DNA of 64,000 bases from Candidatus Latescibacterota bacterium. GTDB taxonomy: Bacteria; Latescibacterota; UBA2968; GCA-2709665. The stretch is from positions 4,032,001 through 4,096,000 of the forward strand of contig OZ252100.1 in assembly GCA_965248435.1 (NCBI GenBank), in the 5' to 3' direction. Shown in pieces: positions 9,022 to 17,637 of the stretch. Position 1 is the first letter of the stretch; each line of letters begins with the position of its first letter. The translations under genes and the position numbers were made by a program. Below the pieces are notes generated by a model. The model was not told the DNA's origin. It saw only the letters and a list, made by a program, of their open reading frames with translations, and did no database searches.

Positions 9022-10110
9022 TTGGCCCCACAAACTCTGCAACACGAGGCTGAATTGGTGGACCACAAGCTGAGAGTCGGGATTGTTGGCGTCGGCGGCA
9101 TCGCCCGCACACATCTCCCCGGATGGGAAGCTTCAGAGCACGCTGAAGTGGTGTCGGGGTGCGATATCGACGTGTCTGTGATCAACGCGTGGGGAAAACG
9201 GCACGAGATCGCAAAGGTGACGACCGACCCGGACGCCCTTTTCAGCGACTCGAAGGTCGATCTGATCGATATCTGCACGCCGAACGTATCCCACGCCGAT
9301 CTCGTGATCGCAGCGCTGGAAGCTGGAAAACACGTGCTTTGCGAGAAGCCTCTGGCACCGACGCCGGAGGCCATCCGGAGGATCATGGATGCAGAGGAGA
9401 GATCCGCGGGGAAGCTGATGACGGCTCAGCATTATCGATTCGAGGGGACGTCGAAGGCCCTGAAAACGGAGATCGAAACGGGTGTCCTGGGTGACATCTA
9501 CCACGCAAGGAGCTGGCTGCTGCGTCGCGCGTCCATGATCACGAGGCCTGGTTTCACGCAGAAGGAACTGAGCGGCGGGGGCGCCTGCATCGACATCGGG
9601 GTGCACGTGCTGGACCTTACGCTCTGGTTTATGGGCTTTCCGAAGGCGACCTGCGTGACCGGTGTCGCACGGTCCGAACTTTCCAAGCAGGAGGGTGCTT
9701 TCCTCAACAATAAGGTTGTGATCCCTCCGGGAATGGACGTGGAAGAGTTCGCGGCCGCCTTCGTCCGGTTCGAGAACGGCGCCACCCTGATCCTGGAGGT
9801 CAGCTGGCTGCTCCACCACGACGTGCCAGGCGAAGACCCTCAGATCTGGCTCTACGGGAGCCGGGGGGGATGCCACTGGCCGCGATGCGAGATGTATGAA
9901 TCCAACACCGCTGCCCGGCAACATTACAACCGTAGCCTCAAATTGACGAATGAGAAGCTGGAGGCGCACGCCCTGGAGTGCGTTGAATTCGCGCAGGCCA
10001 TCGTGGACGGCGCGCCGTCTCCTGTTCCTGCATCGCAGTCGCTTCAGGTTTTGAAGATCCTCGACGGGGTCTACCGAAGCCAGGAGAGTGGCCATGAGGT
10101 GAAGATCTAA
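9022..10110 (+). CDS. Gfo/Idh/MocA family oxidoreductase
   Basis: VGIVGVGGIA Rossmann motif, HVLCEKP, GGGACIDIGVH. Start may be GTG 9058. Confidence 0.92.
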   Translation: MAPQTLQHEAELVDHKLRVGIVGVGGIARTHLPGWEASEHAEVVSGCDIDVSVINAWGKRHEIAKVTTDPDALFSDSKVDLIDICTPNVSHADLVIAALEAGKHVLCEKPLAPTPEAIRRIMDAEERSAGKLMTAQHYRFEGTSKALKTEIETGVLGDIYHARSWLLRRASMITRPGFTQKELSGGGACIDIGVHVLDLTLWFMGFPKATCVTGVARSELSKQEGAFLNNKVVIPPGMDVEEFAAAFVRFENGATLILEVSWLLHHDVPGEDPQIWLYGSRGGCHWPRCEMYESNTAARQHYNRSLKLTNEKLEAHALECVEFAQAIVDGAPSPVPASQSLQVLKILDGVYRSQESGHEVKI

Positions 10111-10124
10111 GAATCAGTAAGAGC

Positions 10125-10190
10125 TGGAGTAATGGAGTAATGGAGCAATGGACCCCAATACTCCAACACTCCAGTACCGCAATACTCCAG
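10125..10190. repeat. Octamer (TGGAGTAA)n array followed by inverted degenerate copies
   Basis: TGGAGTAATGGAGTAATGGAGCAATGGA ... CAATACTCCAACACTCCAG...CAATACTCCAG. Confidence 0.85.
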
Positions 10191-10223
10191 GATCGCTGAA
10201 AAGTTCGAGTAACGGAGAAGTGA

Positions 10224-11576
10224 TTGCCTAATACTCTGAACATCACCGAAGCAACAAAAGAGATCCGTGAGGGTCGCCTGTCTCCGGTCGACCTCGTTCA
10301 GGCCTGTCTGCGCAGGATCGATGCCCTGGAGGAACGGGTGCGTGCCTGGGTGACCGTCGACCGGGAGGGGGCGGAAGCACAGGCCCGCCACCTGGAGGAG
10401 GAGCTGGCACACGGGCGCTGGTACGGTCCCCTGCACGGGATTCCTGTCGGGATCAAAGATATTATGTATACAAAGGGGCTCCGAACCAGCGCCGGCTCGA
10501 AGTTCCTTGCGGATTTCGTACCTGACTACGACGCGACGGTGGTCGCAAGGCTGCGCAGCGCCGGGGCGATCATCCTCGGAAAGACCGTGACGACAGAGTT
10601 CGCCTGCTTCGATCCGGCGGAAACGCGAAACCCCTGGAACCTGGCGCATACGCCGGGGGGCTCAAGCAGCGGATCGGCAGCGGCCGTCGCCAGCCGGATG
10701 TGCCCCGCGGCGCTTGGATCACAAACGGGCGGATCGATCAGTCGACCCGCAGCCTACTGCGGGATCACCGGGATCAAGCCCACGCACGGACGAGTGAGCG
10801 TCTACGGCGTTCTTCCCGTGAGCTTTCATCTCGACCACGTGGGGCCGCTTTGTCGATCGGTGGCGGACGGCGCCATCCTGCTCGAGGCGATCGCGGGCGC
10901 GGATTCGAAAGATCCATTCTGCTCGGACGCTCCCGAAACCTATTTCGGTGCTTCCCTCGAAAAGGGCGCGGAACATCCTCCTCGGATCGGGCTGGTCCGT
11001 CCCTACTTCGGACAGAAGGCCGATGCTGTGATCCGTGAGGCCATCAACAAGGCCGTCTCGCTTTTTGGCGAGGGAGGGGCGAAGGTGAGTGAGGTCGGTC
11101 TGCCGGACTCCTTTGGCGAGGTTCATCGAATGCATAAGGTCATCATGTCTACAGATGCCGCCGACGTCCACGCCAAGCGGTTCCATCAGGCGGCGGACGG
11201 GTTCGGTCCTTCGATCCGAGCCATGATTCAGGAGGGGCTTCAAATCTCCGGCGTGGCTTATGCGGAAGCCCTGAGACATCAGCTGAAGTTCCGAAGGGAG
11301 ATTCGGTCGGTGTTCTCGGACGTGGACTGCCTGCTCACGCCTGCCACGCCTGCTCCAGCTCCCGAGGGGCTCGAGTCTACGGGTGATCCCTCGTTCAATT
11401 CTCCCTGGAGCTACTGTGGTCACCCTACGGTGGTCCTTCCCGTCTCTGAATCCGATCAGGGTTTACCTGCAGCCGTTCAACTGACCGGTCGGCCTTATGA
11501 CGAGGCCGGCCTGCTGGCCGCTTCGCGCTGGTGTGAGCAGCTCCTCGGATGGCAGTCCTCTCCTGAACTTTTTTAG
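10224..11576 (+). CDS. Amidase-signature family enzyme (GatA-like)
   Basis: GPLHGIPVGIKD, TPGGSSSGS, GSQTGGSISRPA (Lys-Ser-Ser triad). Confidence 0.93.
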   Translation: MPNTLNITEATKEIREGRLSPVDLVQACLRRIDALEERVRAWVTVDREGAEAQARHLEEELAHGRWYGPLHGIPVGIKDIMYTKGLRTSAGSKFLADFVPDYDATVVARLRSAGAIILGKTVTTEFACFDPAETRNPWNLAHTPGGSSSGSAAAVASRMCPAALGSQTGGSISRPAAYCGITGIKPTHGRVSVYGVLPVSFHLDHVGPLCRSVADGAILLEAIAGADSKDPFCSDAPETYFGASLEKGAEHPPRIGLVRPYFGQKADAVIREAINKAVSLFGEGGAKVSEVGLPDSFGEVHRMHKVIMSTDAADVHAKRFHQAADGFGPSIRAMIQEGLQISGVAYAEALRHQLKFRREIRSVFSDVDCLLTPATPAPAPEGLESTGDPSFNSPWSYCGHPTVVLPVSESDQGLPAAVQLTGRPYDEAGLLAASRWCEQLLGWQSSPELF

Positions 11577-11591
11577 GAATTCCCATTCGGT

Positions 11592-12788
11592 ATGACCGTG
11601 CGTGTCGTCGTTTCGTGCGTCTTCCTTCTCGTTCACGCCTCCAGGACAGAAGGAAACCCGGGCAGAAGGCTGGCCTCACTCGACGGCCTAGAGCGTATCC
11701 ATAACGAGGAATTCTCTCGAGCCCACGCGATCTACGATTCTCTGATCGCGGCCGATCCTGATCGTCCAGAGGGATACCTCGGGAAGGCCCTCGCGTACTG
11801 GGACGAAGGCCTGATCCTTGAGGATGGCGAGCGGTTCGACCGGGAGACCCACCGCTTCCTCGAAGAGATGATCCGGGTTTCGGAGAAAGATGTGGAGAGG
11901 CGGGGCGAGAGTGCCGAGATGATGTTCTGGCTGGGGAGTGCCTACGGCCTTCGCTCTACCCTGGCGATGGTTCGGGGTCGGGTGCTGGAAGGGGTCACGG
12001 ACGGCCTGAAGAGTCGAGCATTCCTCCGGAGGTCCGTTGAGCTCGATCCTGACCTGGTTGACGCCCATTTCGGGCTGGGCCTGATGGACTACGTGGTATC
12101 CAGGAAGCCGAGGATTCTGAGGTTTGTTTCACGGCTCCTTTCTTTGCCCGAGGGGGACCGGGAGGCGGGCCTCGCAGCGATTGGAAGGGCGGCGAAGGAG
12201 GGAACGTATTGCAGGAGCCACGCGATTTCCAGCCGGGCGTTCATCGAGCTTTATTATGAGAAGGATCCCGCGGAGGCGCTGCTCCGATTCGCCCAGCTTC
12301 TTGAGCGATATCCGAACAGCCTGGACTTTCGAATTCGTTACCTGGACGCGGCATTCTCGCTCGCACAGAGAGGTCGGACGAGAACCCGGCACGGCCTGAT
12401 CGACTCGGCGCGATCGGTGAGGAAGATTGCGAACGAACGTGGATGGACACTGGAACGATGGACCCGGACCAAGCTGATTTTCATCGAAGGGTTCGGGCAC
12501 TACTCAAACGCGGCGTTCGAACCGGCGAAGGAATTCATGAAGCGCTATGTACAGGAAGCGGATGACAAGAGCTGGCTGTTGGGCCCGGCCCAGCTGATTC
12601 TGGGCAAGCTGTCGGACATTGAGGGTGACCGACCGGCTGCAATCGAGCGATATCAACGCGCCCTGAAGCGAGAAAACGTGTGGGGAACCCACGCGGAGGC
12701 CAGGATCTACATGAAGCGGCCGTATACCGGAAGAGAGACGTTCTCGAGACCGCACGACCTTGTCCGGCGGTATCCTGAACGGCCGTGA
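11592..12788 (+). CDS. Secreted tetratricopeptide-repeat protein
   Basis: N-terminal hydrophobic segment; TPR-like helices (DPDRPEGYLG, LDPDLVDAHFGLG, RYPNS). Confidence 0.7.
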   Translation: MTVRVVVSCVFLLVHASRTEGNPGRRLASLDGLERIHNEEFSRAHAIYDSLIAADPDRPEGYLGKALAYWDEGLILEDGERFDRETHRFLEEMIRVSEKDVERRGESAEMMFWLGSAYGLRSTLAMVRGRVLEGVTDGLKSRAFLRRSVELDPDLVDAHFGLGLMDYVVSRKPRILRFVSRLLSLPEGDREAGLAAIGRAAKEGTYCRSHAISSRAFIELYYEKDPAEALLRFAQLLERYPNSLDFRIRYLDAAFSLAQRGRTRTRHGLIDSARSVRKIANERGWTLERWTRTKLIFIEGFGHYSNAAFEPAKEFMKRYVQEADDKSWLLGPAQLILGKLSDIEGDRPAAIERYQRALKRENVWGTHAEARIYMKRPYTGRETFSRPHDLVRRYPERP

Positions 12789-12806
12789 GACTCTGCAACA
12801 AGACCA

Positions 12807-13832
12807 CTAGTCTTCAGGTGCCCGGTCCAGACTCCCACCCCTGTAGATGATATCTTTGAGGTCGTCCTCTTCATCGAGCACGACCGTGAGCGCGAAGGGC
12901 GTTCGGTCGAAGAATTCCGGATTGTGGTCGAGTGCGAGCCTGGCTGCCCAGTTGCCGAGCCAGCCGAGTCCTACGGGCTGAACGACGAACTGAAGGTCTT
13001 GAATCACCAGCGTCGTCAGGCCATCGACCGCGGATGCCTCGAAGACCGGGAACCGCGCGAACCACCGGTAGATCCTGCCCGCTTTTGTCTTCCAAAGGGC
13101 GTCCAGGCGGGCATCTGACAGGGCGGAGGTGTAGACGAGCTCGTCATCCTGCACGTAACCCGAGGCAGAGAGCGGCAAATACCAGACGCGATCGCCGCTC
13201 GTGACGAGGGCGCGCCGATGAAGGGGCGAGAAGGGCGTCGGCATGATTGCGACCCTGTCGGGCAGGATGCTGTGGTTCTCGAACCAGCGGTGGATGTGAT
13301 GATAGCTCAGGAGGCTGACAGCGACGTTAAGAAACAGATAACAGCCGAAGACGGCCGCACCCAGACGATAACCGAAGCCGAGCTTCCGCCAGTTCACCCA
13401 TCCGAGGAGGAGTCCGCCGATCACGATGATGTCCAGGTAGGGATCGATGATGAAGAGGATGTCGAAAGAGACACGGAGGTTCGAGAAGGGATGGAAGATC
13501 ATCGTGCCGTAGGACGTGGCGAGGTCGAAGAGGATGTGGATCAAAAGGCCGAAGAGTCCCACCGCGTAGACCTTTGGGAATGAGAATTTTCGAAGTCCCG
13601 CGCGTCGCGCGACCCAGGCCAGCGCAAGCGCCCCGATCGCCACACCGAAGAACGAGTGTGTGATCCCCCGATGGGTCTCCAGCCGATCCAGCGCGTCTCC
13701 GGGGAAAAAGACGTCCAGATCGGGCAGGACGCTGGCGATGGTCACGAGGTTGACGAGGGCGCGGCTCTGCTGTTCGGGCCAGACGGCGCGCGCGATCAAT
13801 CTGCCGATGAGTGCGTGAGTCGGTGTATCCAT
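12807..13832 (-). CDS. YdjM-like membrane-bound metal-dependent hydrolase
   Basis: MD-x2-TH, LPDLD, HRGITHS, H-x3-D, FIIDP motifs. Confidence 0.88.
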   Translation of the reverse strand: MDTPTHALIGRLIARAVWPEQQSRALVNLVTIASVLPDLDVFFPGDALDRLETHRGITHSFFGVAIGALALAWVARRAGLRKFSFPKVYAVGLFGLLIHILFDLATSYGTMIFHPFSNLRVSFDILFIIDPYLDIIVIGGLLLGWVNWRKLGFGYRLGAAVFGCYLFLNVAVSLLSYHHIHRWFENHSILPDRVAIMPTPFSPLHRRALVTSGDRVWYLPLSASGYVQDDELVYTSALSDARLDALWKTKAGRIYRWFARFPVFEASAVDGLTTLVIQDLQFVVQPVGLGWLGNWAARLALDHNPEFFDRTPFALTVVLDEEDDLKDIIYRGGSLDRAPED

Positions 13833-13899
13833 TTTCGTCGTTCGTTGATCGTCGCTCGAAAAAGCAAACCCTCAGCGCAGAGGCGCTGAGGTCGCAGAG

Positions 13900-13987
13900 A
13901 AAAACCGGGTACCGGGGAATCAAAACACGGGTACCGGGAAATCAAAACACGGGTACCGGGGAACCGAAACACGGGTACCGGGTACCG
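13900..13987 (+). repeat. 22-bp tandem array with GGTACC core (array A)
   Basis: GGTACC at 13908, 13930, 13952, 13974, plus one at 13981. Confidence 0.95.
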
Positions 13988-14169
13988 TAAACCGTTGTTC
14001 GTTGATCGTCGTTCGAAAGCACGATCTGTGATTCGTGAATCGTGGATCGTGCGATTGAAAGGAGGTCAAAATATATCCAAAGGTGAGCAGGACGCAAGGC
14101 TCCTGAAGCCTAATGTCCATCTTCAATGCCGAAGGGCACGGAATCGGGAAACTTTAGAAGGGGAAGGCT

Positions 14170-15669
14170 ATGCCGAACGCGATTGAGATGCGCCGGATTA
14201 CCAAGCGCTACGGCGCGCTCGTGGCGAACGATGAGATCGATCTCACTATTACCAGGGGAGAGATCCACGCGATCGTTGGCGAGAACGGGGCAGGAAAGAC
14301 TACGCTGATGCACGTGCTTTCAGGCCTGGTGCGCCCCGAAGAAGGGGAAGTGCGGGTGAACGGAGCCCCCATGCGTCTCGGGAATCCAGGCGCGTCCTCG
14401 GCGGCGGGCGTGGGGCTGGTCGCTCAGCATTTCTCGCTGGTCGCACCTTTCACGGCCTGGGAAAACGTGGTGTTGGGCGCAGAACCGGGTGGATGGGTCG
14501 GGCTGGACCGGGCTCGCGCGGTCGCGGAAACGGAGGCCCTGGCAGAGGAACTCGGGGTCGCTTTTCCGGTGGATCAGGCGGTGGAGGACCTTCCTGTCGG
14601 CGTGCGTCAGACGATCGAAATCATGAAGGCCCTTTACCGAGGGGCGAAGATCCTTGTTCTGGATGAGCCAACCTCCACACTCTCGCCCCCCGAGGCGGAA
14701 CGGCTTTTTGCCCTTATTCACAAACTGCGGGAGAGGGGGACTACGATCCTTCTGGTTACGCATCGGATCCAGGAAGTCCTGGATCATGCGATGAAGGCCA
14801 CAGTCCTGCGCGACGGCCGCGTCGCCCAGTGCTTCGACGGAGAAGAGATCGACTCAGAGATGCTGGTCGAGGCGATTCTGGGCGGGAGAGGAGTCCCGTT
14901 CGAGCAGGGTCGAGATCCCGTTAGATCGGACGAAACGCTCCTCGAAGTGGAGGGACTCACAACATCGTCGTCGGGACAGGTCAGACTGGAGGAACTCGAG
15001 CTCACCGTCAGACGCGGTGAGATTCTGGGGATCGCCGGGGTCGCGGGAAACGGCCAGCGCGCCCTCGCTGGCGCGATTGCCGGGACGCTACCGATCGAGT
15101 CGGGACAGATCAGGTTGGCCGGAAAAGAGATCACGCGAGCCTCGGTGGGTTCTCGCAGGATGGCCGGCCTGGCCTACATCCCGGAAGACAGACACACCGA
15201 CGGCATTATCGCAGATTTCACGGTCGCGGACAATCTGGTTCTCGGGCGCCAGAGGCAGTTTTTGCAAGTCTGGGGTCTGGACCGGGTCTCGATGGAGACC
15301 TACGCCCGCTCGCTGGTGGAGCGGTTCGATATTCGGTCGCAGGGCCTGCAGCAGCAGGCTCGGGATCTTTCGGGGGGAAACCAGCAGAAACTGGTCGTGG
15401 CCAGGGAGCTGGGGAGTGATCCTCTGTTTGTCGTGGCGGCCGACCCGACTCGAGGTTTGGACTTTGAATCTACGGCGTTTGTTCATCGAGCGTTGAAGTC
15501 GGTTCGGGATCAGGGGAGCAGTGCGCTCGTTTTTTCTTCCGATCTGGAAGAGCTGCTTTCTCTCTCGGACCGGGTCGCTGTGATCTATCGCGGACGGATC
15601 GTCGGCGTTCAGTCTCGGGAGGCCTTCGATGCCCCGGCGCTGGGGAGGCTCATGACGGGTGCGACATAA
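14170..15669 (+). CDS. ABC transporter ATP-binding protein, two-domain (nucleoside/sugar CUT2 type)
   Basis: GENGAGKT, LDEPT, GVAGNGQ, IPEDR, LSGGNQQK, PTRGLD. Confidence 0.93.
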   Translation: MPNAIEMRRITKRYGALVANDEIDLTITRGEIHAIVGENGAGKTTLMHVLSGLVRPEEGEVRVNGAPMRLGNPGASSAAGVGLVAQHFSLVAPFTAWENVVLGAEPGGWVGLDRARAVAETEALAEELGVAFPVDQAVEDLPVGVRQTIEIMKALYRGAKILVLDEPTSTLSPPEAERLFALIHKLRERGTTILLVTHRIQEVLDHAMKATVLRDGRVAQCFDGEEIDSEMLVEAILGGRGVPFEQGRDPVRSDETLLEVEGLTTSSSGQVRLEELELTVRRGEILGIAGVAGNGQRALAGAIAGTLPIESGQIRLAGKEITRASVGSRRMAGLAYIPEDRHTDGIIADFTVADNLVLGRQRQFLQVWGLDRVSMETYARSLVERFDIRSQGLQQQARDLSGGNQQKLVVARELGSDPLFVVAADPTRGLDFESTAFVHRALKSVRDQGSSALVFSSDLEELLSLSDRVAVIYRGRIVGVQSREAFDAPALGRLMTGAT

Positions 15670-16707
15670 ATGACAGCGGCTCTGAACTTGCGAGGGGTTC
15701 TGCATTCGGTCCAGGCGATTGCGATCGCCGTTGGCCTGGGGCTGGGTATCGTGCTCTTGTCGGGCGGAGATCCGCTTGCGGTTCTGAGCGCCCTGTTTTA
15801 TGGCGCCGTTGGGACGCGGTCGAACCTCGCCAGCACGCTGGTGAAGAGCGTGCCGCTTCTGCTCACAGGGCTGTCCGTTGCCCTTGCGTTCAGGGCCGGA
15901 CTTTTTAACATTGGGGGTGAAGGACAGCTGTATGCCGGTGGCCTGGCGGCTGCGTGGTTAGGCGGTCTGCAGCTGGGGATCCCGGCTCCTTTGTATGTCC
16001 CACTCGCGTTGCTGGGTGCGGTCGTGGCCGGCGGAATCTGGGGGGCCATCCCGGGTTGGCTGAAGGCGAGACGGGGTGTACACGAAGTGATCAACACGAT
16101 TATGATGAACCATATCGCCATCCAGGCATCGAGCTATCTGGTTGGCGGACCCCTCAGAGACGGAGAGTACGCCATACGAACGAAGGAAATCGCATCGGAG
16201 GCGGCGCTGCCGCTGTTGTGGAGCGTACCGCCTATCGAGGTCAGCTGGGGCATCGTTCTGGCCCTCCTGCTCTGCGTCCTGACCACACAGATCCTCTTCA
16301 GGACTGCGACCGGATATGAAATTCGGGCCGTTGGAAAGGGGGCCGCGGCCGCGACAGCCTCCGGGATCGCCACGGGGAGGACGCTCGTGATGAGCATGGG
16401 GCTGGCCGGCGGTCTGGCGGGCCTTGCGGGGGGTCTGGAGATCTGCGGTCTACACCACACCTTCTATGCTCAGTTCTCTCCCGGATACGGATTTGACGGC
16501 ATCGCCGTGGCACTTCTCGCCCGGAACCACCCGCTGGGCGTGATTCCGGCGGCGCTGCTGTTCGGCGCCCTGCGCACGGCGGACCGCTGGCTTCAACTTT
16601 CGGCAGGCGTCGCGCGCGATCTCGTGATTATCATACAGGCGCTGGCCATCCTCGCCGTGGGCACACGGGGAATCCGTGGTTCGTGGTTCGTGGATCGTCG
16701 TTCGTAA
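15670..16707 (+). CDS. ABC transporter permease (nucleoside/sugar type)
   Basis: AFRAGLFNIGGEGQ, HEVINTIMMN, GYGFDGIAVALL; many transmembrane helices. Confidence 0.92.
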   Translation: MTAALNLRGVLHSVQAIAIAVGLGLGIVLLSGGDPLAVLSALFYGAVGTRSNLASTLVKSVPLLLTGLSVALAFRAGLFNIGGEGQLYAGGLAAAWLGGLQLGIPAPLYVPLALLGAVVAGGIWGAIPGWLKARRGVHEVINTIMMNHIAIQASSYLVGGPLRDGEYAIRTKEIASEAALPLLWSVPPIEVSWGIVLALLLCVLTTQILFRTATGYEIRAVGKGAAAATASGIATGRTLVMSMGLAGGLAGLAGGLEICGLHHTFYAQFSPGYGFDGIAVALLARNHPLGVIPAALLFGALRTADRWLQLSAGVARDLVIIIQALAILAVGTRGIRGSWFVDRRS

Positions 16708-16837
16708 AAACCGGGTACCGGGATAGGTAGATAGGTTACAGAGACCTGACGGTTTGGGGGCGACGCCTGCGTCGCCCCGAGAAATCAAAACACGGGTACC
16801 GCGACCATTTTGGATTGCGGATTTGGGATTGCGGATT
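16706..16837 (+). repeat. Composite repeat: GGTACC units, REP-like hairpin and heptamer array (array B)
   Basis: GGTACC at 16714 and 16795; hairpin GGGGCGACGC-CT-GCGTCGCCCC at 16757-16778; GGATTGC-type heptamers at 16812-16837. Confidence 0.85.
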
Positions 16838-16868
16838 AAAAGGCGGCGTTCGCAAAGGCTACCTAAGG

Positions 16869-17489
16869 ATGATATTCAAATCGCTCGTGGTGGGGCCGCT
16901 TCAAGTCAACTGCTTCGTCCTGGGGTGTGACAAGAGTCGCGAGGGGATCGTCGTGGACCCCGGGGAGGACGCTCACGCGATCATGGAGGTGATTCGTGAA
17001 GCGGAGATAGAGGTCGTGGAGGTCGTGGCGACGCACGGACACTTCGATCATATCGGCCGGGCCGGGTCGATCGTCTCAGAGACGCGGGCACCCTTTACGA
17101 TCCATCGCGCGGACCTTCCGATGGTGGAGGGGCTGATGGAAATCGCCCGGGCTTTCGGGCTGGGAGCCGACCCTCCGCCTCAGGTCGACCGATTCCTGGA
17201 GGAGGGTGACACTGTAACGTTCGGAGAGGAGTCACTTCGGGTGCTGCATACGCCAGGCCACGCTCCGGGGAATGTCTCCCTGATCTGGCCGGGACGCGCG
17301 ATTGTGGGGGACACGCTCTTTGCCGGGTCGATTGGAAGGACAGACCTGGAGGGCGGCGATGTTGAGGTCTTACTGGCCTCGATTCGTGAGAAGCTGCTGC
17401 CGCTCGGAGATGAGACCCACGTATACGCCGGACACGGGCCGTTCACGACGATTGGGGAAGAGCGAAGACATAACCCGTTCTTACAATAA
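16869..17489 (+). CDS. MBL-fold metallo-hydrolase (glyoxalase II / YcbL-like)
   Basis: THGHFDH, HTPGH, GDTLF-x-GSIGRTD, GHG, terminal NPFL. Confidence 0.92.
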   Translation: MIFKSLVVGPLQVNCFVLGCDKSREGIVVDPGEDAHAIMEVIREAEIEVVEVVATHGHFDHIGRAGSIVSETRAPFTIHRADLPMVEGLMEIARAFGLGADPPPQVDRFLEEGDTVTFGEESLRVLHTPGHAPGNVSLIWPGRAIVGDTLFAGSIGRTDLEGGDVEVLLASIREKLLPLGDETHVYAGHGPFTTIGEERRHNPFLQ

Positions 17490-17511
17490 AATCCAAATAT
17501 CCGATTATCTA

Positions 17512-17624
17512 ATTGCGGATTGCGGATTGGGGATTGCGGAATAAGAAGCAGAATGCGCTGATTAGCCGTGGTATGGAGCTGGGTGAATTTTCAATCCGCA
17601 TTCCGAAATCTGAAATCCGCAATT
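17512..17624. repeat. ATTGCGG-type heptamer arrays in inverted orientation
   Basis: 17512-17541 direct copies; 17592-17624 reverse-complement (ATCCGCA/ATCCGAA) copies. Confidence 0.8.
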
Positions 17625-17637
17625 GAAGGAGCGTTTG

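Noticed and set aside
9133-10095. Long antisense ORFs (also 28306-29643, 30565-31794, 46872-48215 and others)
   Set aside because: Shadows of well-supported genes on the opposite strand, expected in GC-rich DNA.
10224-11576. Calling this amidase gatA
   Set aside because: No gatB or gatC adjacent; only general amidase motifs are present.
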